Shown in pieces: positions 56,300-64,000 of a stretch of DNA of 64,000 nt (within the stretch, counting starts at the first letter, position 1; each line of letters starts with the position of its first letter). The stretch covers positions 40,424,001-40,488,000 of the forward strand of contig OX597826.1 of assembly GCA_951406725.2 (NCBI GenBank), read 5' to 3'. The DNA is from Octopus vulgaris. Its lineage: Eukaryota. The notes beneath the pieces were generated by a model, which was given only the letters and a program-made list of their open reading frames with translations, was not told the origin of the DNA and did no database searches. The position numbers were made by a program, and so were the translations under genes.

Positions 56300-57435
56300 C
56301 ACAGACATGCAGGAATTAAATAGACACCTTTAATTTTCAAAATCTTTTATCTAATACGCAAAGCAAACAATTGAAATGTAATCGATAGGCAGGCCTACAT
56401 ACTTTAGTATTTAGTTGACATTCCCTCTGCAGTTTTTAATTCAGAAACTCTTTTTGGCATTGAACTGATGCGCTTTGTGATTGTCGCTTGTGGAATTTCT
56501 GACCACTTTTCACGCAACAATCAAAACAATTCATCTTTAGATTTAAGCTTCTATCGAGCATTTTGTATAGCTCTATCTAGTATGCTCCAAAGATTTTCAA
56601 TTGGGTTCTTGTCAGGAGATTGGCTCGGCCAAGGAAGCTTTTCGATCCCATTTTCAGTCAACCATTGTTGATTCCTTTTCGGTTCCAACGCATTCGATCG
56701 GCTTAGAACAGCCATTGCTGGTGACAGCTCCCCGTACCATTACAGAGATACCGCCATGTTTCACAGTTGGTTGGAGTCGTTTCAAATCAAATTCGTGATT
56801 GGGAATCCTCCAGACCCAAACACGTACACTGTCTGAAAATAATGCAAATCTGGATTCATCTGAGAAAATCACTCTATCCCAAAATGAACTGGATTTTTCT
56901 GACATCCTCTTAGCCCATTTCTTTATTTTCATGATATTAATTGGTTGAAGGAGAGGTTTTCTCCTAGCTGCTCGCCCATAATACCCAAGCTTATGCAGAT
57001 ATGTAACACACGTTTTTGGACTAACTTCTAACTGTTTTGCAATGTCAGAAGCCTTCGAATGGGGTTCGTTTTCCAAAATTCTCTTCAAACTGCGAAGCTT
57101 CCTTTCCGAGAGCCTAGGTCGACCGGGACGAGAATCTGTCGATTCTTTTCCTTGGATTTTGAATTGCACTATAATTCTGTTAACAGTAGCAAGAGGGATT
57201 TGAAGATTATCGTCAATTTTTTGCTGACTAAGACCAGTCTCAGATTGCCCAAAAATGCGACTTCTTTGAAAATCTGACATTTCTGCTGAATTTTTTGTGC
57301 GTGGCATGGTTACTCTTCGCAAAAGTTTAATGTAATGGCACCTGTAATGAAAAAGAATAATTACATTGTAAATTCTACACCACTAAAAACATTAAGAAAC
57401 TTAGATCAGAAATTTTTACTTCCTGCATGTCTGTG
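56300..57435 (-). mobile_element. Near-full-length Tc1 transposon with TIRs; transposase frameshifted in its C-terminal third
   Basis: TIRs CACAGACATGCAGGAA(T/G)TAAA at 56300-56320 and 57415-57435, with TA on the left. ORF 56654-57322 has HTH, RPGRPR, ARRKPLL, VIFSDESRF and TVKHGG. SPDKNPIEN is in another frame. Confidence 0.95.
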
Positions 57436-58441
57436 TGTGTGTATGTATGTATTTATGTATGTGTGTATGTATGTATGTATGTATGTATGTATGTATGCAT
57501 GTATGCATGTATGTATGTATGTATGTATGTATGGAAGTATGCATGCGTGTGTGTGTGTATGGGCGTCTGGATGAGATAGTACCGCTGATGGCAGAACGTG
57601 TGGTGCTCTTCGAAGTATAATATAAATATATTATATATATATGCATATATATTACTTATATTACACACACATATATATATATACCAACTTCCTCTCCAAT
57701 TCTGTGTATTATATTCCAGAGAGAAACTATTGTTTAACCCAAAACTACAATCAAGAAGCTTGCCCAATCTGCCGAGCAGCGGTAATCGACACGCAGATCA
57801 AGGGATACTAAAGTGAACTTCTTGATCAACCAACCACACCTGCGACTCTTGTTCTCATGTGTTATTTATTTCAGTTTATTATTATTATTATTATTTTGCT
57901 TTCACGTTGTATTCCCTTTCATTTTTAAATAGATTAGCGTTTTTGTTTAGCCCATTGTCAAATCAGAAAGAATATATCTATTGTTCCAGCTGTGACCATT
58001 GCATCTTATTGTCTCTCACGTCAACCCAACACCAATCCAAATCCTGTACTTCTATTTTGAAGATAGAAAGGCATAATTTTAGCGGAATTTAACTACTTTT
58101 TTGTAAAAAGAAAAAACAACCTACGAGGAGGACTGCTGATTAGCTTCAAAGGAATAAGATGAAGGCGGGAAAGCAGTGAACAGAAGAGTGGAAACTAAGC
58201 AGGAAAGAACAGTGCAATCTTCGGGGAAATTAGCAACGACTGTTTCAGTTTGTGAATGTAAGATAAAGATTATAAATGAAAGGATATTTCAATGATAGAT
58301 ATTGTGAAATGGAATATGTAATATCTGTGTCGGGGATATGATATCAGACTCGATATTAATAAACAATAACTTGAGATTACAGAACAAAGTAAATACGCGT
58401 CTTATTTTATTTTACCAATTAACAAACACATATAAATATAC

Positions 58442-58498
<57 letters not shown>

Positions 58499-59029
58499 TA
58501 TGTATATACGTACAGCCATAATATATATTTGTGTGTTTATTTATGTGCGGGTGTATGTGATTTTGAATATGCAGATATGTATATATTGTATGTATAGATG
58601 TGCGAATGCATGTGTATATATGTGTGTGAATGTATATGTATGTGTATGGGCGTGTTTATGTGTGTGTATATGCATGTGTGAGTATGTGTGTATGAGGAAA
58701 TAGACGCACATGAACTTACATCACAATGTCGCGAAGTGCATTCCGAGAAATCCCAGAGTTCTGTAAAGAATTCTAGGATTGTGCGAGATAAGGAATTTTT
58801 TTGAAGAGAATTAAATAAAAATTACTTTTAGACAGAAGTGATACGCGCCATTTTAAGTAAATTCTATATTAGTAAATGAATAAGTTGTTTCTCTAAAACA
58901 ATCATTATTACGTTTACTGTCTTATAGAAATTAGAACGACGGAGGTAAATAGAGATACGGGTTCTACCACTTTATACTACGCTCTATGGCGTTTGTGTGT
59001 CTGTATGTGTTTTGCGCGTATGTGCAATC

Positions 59030-59082
<53 letters not shown>

Positions 59083-59304
59083 CGCAATAAAATACTATAA
59101 AAATATAAAATCACAGAAAGCCATTTAGTGCATTATTCTTTAAATAAAAAAATAAAACCACAGAAAGCTATTTAGTGCATTATTCTTCAAATGAAAAATT
59201 TGTAAACAAACTCTCGACACTACGGTGAGAAGCACGGTTAGTGTTCTCTCTCTCTTTTTCTCTCTCTCTCTCACTCTCTTTGTCCCTCTCTCTATATATA
59301 TATT

Positions 59305-59440
59305 CTTTTATTTCATTCTTTTACTTGTTTCAGTCATTTGACTGAGGCCATGTTGGAACACTGCCATTTAGTCGAAAAAGTCGACACCAGGACTTCTGTG
59401 AGCCTAGTGCTTATTCTATCAGCATCTCGCTGAACCGCGA

Positions 59441-59441
<1 letters not shown>
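59305..59441 (-). mobile_element. Family A SINE 3' fragment
   Basis: TTTTACTTGTTTCAGTCATTTGACTG homology. Confidence 0.8.
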
Positions 59442-59492
<51 letters not shown>

Positions 59493-59949
59493 GTGCACAT
59501 TACTATGTATCCATTGGCAGCCCATCTTACCAATCGTAGAATTGAGTAGAAGCAAGCACTTATTAAAAGAGAAGCAATGAAGGGTTTGCTTGTAACCAAG
59601 GGTCCTTCATTCCTATCTTGTGCAACCGTATTTGTGTCTCCCAAGCTGGTAAGTAATAAACATGAGTACTTATTTAGTTCCCTCTAAATCAGAATCACGC
59701 GAAGAAGAAGAAGAAGAAGAAGAAGAAGAAGAAGAAGAAGAAGGAGGAGGAGGAGGAGAAGAAGAAGAAGAAGAAGAAGAAGAAGAAGAAGAAGAAGAAG
59801 AAGAAGAAGAAGAAGAAGAAGAAGAAGAAGAAGAAGAAGAAGAAGAAGAAGAAGAAGAAGAAGGAAGAAGAAGAAGAAGAAGAAGAAGAAGAAGAAGAAG
59901 AAGAAGAAGAAGAAGAAGAAGAAGAAGAAGAAGAAGAAGAAGAAGAAGC

Positions 59950-60391
59950 GACTGGCGAAATATTAGTACGCATTTTGCCCGGAGTGCTAACGTTTCTGCC
60001 AGTTCAATAACTATAAAAATAATAATAATCGACCCCAGTGCGTAACTGGTACTTATTTTATCGGCCCCGAAAGGATAAAAGACAAAGTCGATCTCGGTGT
60101 TGTTTCTACTCAGATCGTAAAGAAGGACGAAATGCAGGTATGTTGTCAGCATGCTAACGATTCTTTTCTATTCTAGGCACAAGGCCCGAAATTTTTTGGG
60201 TGGGGGAGCCAGTCGATTAGATCGACCCCAGTAGGCAATTGGTACTTAATTCATAGACTCTGAAAGAGTGAAAGGCAAAGTTGATCTCGGCGGAATTTGA
60301 ACTCAAGACGTAGTGACAGACGAAATGCCGCTAAGCATTTCGTTGGCGCGCTAACGATTCTGCCATCTCAATAATAATAATAATAATAATG

Positions 60392-60482
<91 letters not shown>

Positions 60483-61084
60483 TAATAACCCTTTCTACTG
60501 GAAGCTCAATGCCTCAAATTTGGAGGAAGGGATAAAGTCGATTACATCAACCCCAGTGCGTACCTGGTACTTTTTCAATCAACCCCGATAGGATGAAAGG
60601 CAAAGTCGACCTCGACGGAATTTGAACTCAAAACGTAACGACACATGAAATACCGCAAGGATGAAAGGCAAAGTCAACCTTATAATAATAATGATCTTTC
60701 TACGCTAGGCACAAGCCCAAAAATTTTGGGGGAGGGAGTCAGTCGATTAGATTGACCCCAGTACGCAACTGGTACTTAATTTATCGACCCCGAAAGGTTG
60801 AAAGGCAAAGTCGACCTCGGCGGAATTTGAACTGAGAATGTAAAGACAGACGAAATACCTATTTCTTTACTACCCACAAGAGGCTAAACACAGAAAGGAC
60901 AAACAAGGACAGACAAATGGATTAAGTTGATTATATCAATCCCAGTGCGTAACTGGTACTTATTTAATCGACCCCGAAAGGATGAAAGGCAAAGTCGACC
61001 TCGGCGGAATTTGAACTCAGAACGTAGCGGCAGACGAAATGCCGCTAAACATTTCGTCGGTGTGGTAACGATTCTGCCAGCTCA
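59950..61084 (-). mobile_element. Cluster of about 6 same-orientation family C SINE copies/fragments interleaved with (AAT)n
   Basis: Repeated GACCCCAGTGCGTAACTGGTAC...GAAAGGCAAAGTCGACCTCGG cores near 60030, 60225, 60550, 60755 and 60940, plus fragments. Confidence 0.9.
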
Positions 61085-61161
<77 letters not shown>

Positions 61162-61165
61162 TAAT

Positions 61166-61724
61166 AAATGCCCTGATGCAGTACCAGGCAGTGACTCTCA
61201 TGGCTTCTGATCTTAACTGATTGGAAGTGTTATCATGTACATTGTTTTGTCTTGGTATAAAAGATGGGCTACAGCAAATATTCTGCTCAATACCACAGAT
61301 TTGCTTGTCAGTTGTTTGACCTTAACCAGTTGAGCATGTCCCTTAGTGGCTGACGATATGTGCATCTCTGATCACGAGCAGAAGTAGTGGGGGAGCATCA
61401 TAGCCATGTGTTGAGAAGGATTCTTTGGGGTTTGAATAATTCACCTCTGGAAACATGGGTGTTTCGTTCAACGTCCTTAAACAACCCTTATTCAGGGACC
61501 TTTTGAGCGGGATGGGTTACTCGATCTGAAGAAAATTCTAACTGGGCTCCACCTGCAAGGTCATGTGCTGTTTATCTTGATATGAGATCACCATGTCGCG
61601 CACATATGGTTGTGATGCATGTGCCTGGTGTACCCTTATCAGACGGGTAGTCATGATGGGTATACTGGGCTTCGTATATTTTACCCCAGTGTCACTTTGA
61701 TGGCATGCTCTGCTCACTCACTCA
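61166..61724. mobile_element. ~560-bp (AAT)n-embedded interspersed repeat (copy 2)
   Basis: Homologous to 4650-5208, with (AAT)n immediately on both sides. Confidence 0.88.
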
Positions 61725-61764
61725 ATAATAATAATAATAACAATAACAACAATGATGATGATGG

Positions 61765-61819
<55 letters not shown>

Positions 61820-62699
61820 AACAATGATGATGATGATGATGATGATGATTTTTTTCAACAACAGGCACAAGGCCTGAAATCTGTGTTGGGACAAGTGGAT
61901 TTCATGGACCTAGTGTGTAACTGGTAGTTATTTCATCGGAAAGCAAAGATGACTCAGCGTAGGGCCTCAAATTATAGCGAAAACAATACATTTGACTCCT
62001 CCATCACCAATGTATTACAGGTACTCCTTAAGACTAGGGTTTCAAGCACCAAATGCCAAATGACAGTTCGACAAGAACTGTGATATTTAGCAGTGTTCAA
62101 AACGTTAAGAGTGCTTTCATCTTATTCCCGCTGAGGATGTCAATTTCTTATGTAAATTCAATAACCCCTATTTCCAGGGCTGAGGATTGACCATTCATTT
62201 TCACTACATGGTTCGTACTTATTTTACACACACACACACACGACGACGAATAACAATCCAAAGTGTATGTCAGTGCGATTCGAACGTAAAAGGAGCAAGT
62301 TCGACACCGTACAGTCTTTCGAATCTGTTTTGTTTCACCAGATTTTGTTTCCCAGATCGATCAATAAAAAGTGAAATACTTTTAATATTTCCGGAATCAC
62401 TAATATCGTCTTCAGACGATAACAAATTCCATACATTTATAATGTCAAAAAAAAGTCATTTATTATATTCCGAAAAAAAAAAATAAGCACAAGAAACAAA
62501 TTCCCAAACTGACAACTTATTTATTTTTTCTTTTATTTTTTTCTCTCTCTCCTCTCTGGTGATAATTTCTTTTGTGTAGATAACTAGTAAACACCTGCTC
62601 ACACGTACCTACTTCTAAGTATCTGCTTATACATTCTAACACGCATGCATTTACGTATATATTTGTGTGTATATACATACACGCTTATTTATAGCCGTG

Positions 62700-62739
<40 letters not shown>

Positions 62740-63244
62740 TGCAGAACATGTCGAATGAAGCAAAGCGAATACGCAACACATTTTCGATTCCAGCGCGTTG
62801 TCGTTTCCATTGTATTGATAAAGGTCTTCGCAAAATTTGGACGTACCTCTTCAACAGCACGAATATACCTCTGTTCTCCACAACAATCCAACGATAGCAA
62901 CAGTGATACCACGTTAGTGAATAATAAAACTCAGTGAACTGGCTTCATTTAACGTTTTCACGACTAAGTTTTATTCCAAGACAGAAAAAAAAAAATTAGA
63001 AATAAATGCAAAATAGAATTATTTCCAATCAGCTATATTAGAGACTTTCCATTTTCCTTCTCTGGAGAAGTAGCTTGCTCAATCACTTTCTCTACTCAGT
63101 GAATGCAGCTTCTCTAGTCCCTCTTTTGTACCTAGTGAGTGTAGCTTCTGTGCTTCCTTTCTATATTCAGTGAATGCAACTTCTGCAGAAACAGATACAT
63201 TTGAGAAAAGTGATTTTATGTAAAAGCAAGGTTTATAAAATAAA

Positions 63245-63650
63245 ATAAATAATAATAATAATAATTGTGTACAGTGCTCAGGTGCACTACAACTCATCTA
63301 AAGTGTATATATAATCAGGTGTAGTTTCGGCGGATTTCGGAAAGCATGAGGGCCTTAAAGGATGCAGTGTCATGGCAGTCAACAACTGACGCAGGCAGTC
63401 TATTCCATGCTTCAGCAACTCTGAGCGTGAAAAAATGTTTCCGAAAGTCATGGGAGCTGTGTTGTTTTCTGACTTTGTAGGCATGTCCACGTGTGTTAGA
63501 CACATGGAGATCAAAAAGGTGTTCAGTGTTGTTGTTGGTGAGGTGGTTGATAACTTTGTGGGTGTTTACCAAGTCCGTCGCCAGACGCCGGAGCTTCAGT
63601 GAATCCATGCCCAGGGAAACAAGGCGCTCAGAATATGGTAGGTTATAAAA
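63245..63650 (-). mobile_element. CR1/L2-like LINE 3' end with short UTR and (TTA)n tail
   Basis: LPYSERLVSLGMDSLKLRRL..DL...NTRGHAYK...RKHFFTLRVAEAWNRLP. Confidence 0.9.
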
Positions 63651-64000
63651 CAAGTAGTGCGGATATACAGAACAACAGATTATAGGAAATTTCAGTGAAT
63701 GTGATTCTTAAAGAATTAGAACTAAAGTATGGAGTGTTTTTTGTTGTTTTGATTTGATTTTTTGCTTTGCTTTTCTGAAGACAAAAGCAAAACAGGCAGT
63801 TATATAATGTAGCATTGCAGCTTATGTCTTGAAAGAAGAATATTACATTCTATGATATTGTTGATATTTCGACCGAAGTCGGTTTCATCAAACAAAGATT
63901 CAAGCCATGACTATCCCAGTATTTTTTATTTGGAATTGTCTCCCGTTGACTAGATTATTTATTGTGTTGCCTTTTAAGCTGGCAGTTGGTATTAGTGTTG

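Noticed and set aside
59950-61084. Regularly recurring motif resembling a CRISPR array
   Set aside because: Units are SINE copies of variable length without unique spacers, in a eukaryotic context with no cas genes.
62735-62940. Possible exon after ttgcag
   Set aside because: Short ORFs on both strands, with no recognisable domain or supporting neighbouring exons.
63085-63190. Three degenerate ~36-bp repeats (AGTGAATGCAGCTTCT)
   Set aside because: A small decayed minisatellite; the frame is not maintained across units.

Overview
AT-rich, microsatellite-saturated eukaryotic DNA. The tRNA-derived SINE families look like those of octopus/cephalopods (recognised by eye, not by database search). 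I found no intact host protein-coding gene, and most ORFs in the track are translations of simple repeats. The window holds: (i) four SINE families; (ii) decayed non-LTR retrotransposons, namely R4/Dong-type RT+RLE elements, an RLE-type 3' end, a CR1-like 3' end, and Penelope-like RT and GIY-YIG fragments; (iii) DNA transposons, namely a near-full-length Tc1 with TIRs, two mariner deletion derivatives, a hAT transposase, two Helentron/HINE-like elements and a MITE; and (iv) several decayed, locally duplicated minus-strand exon-like segments. The strongest signal is a set of non-coding Penelope/retrozyme-like elements carrying type I hammerhead ribozyme motifs, several with an unusually long stem II. 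They sit in (TA)n tracts as head-to-head inverted pairs with both 3' ends facing outward. The best example is a young 455-bp-unit element at 19.5-20.6 kb. All alignments and folds were done by eye, and boundaries are approximate unless a motif is quoted.
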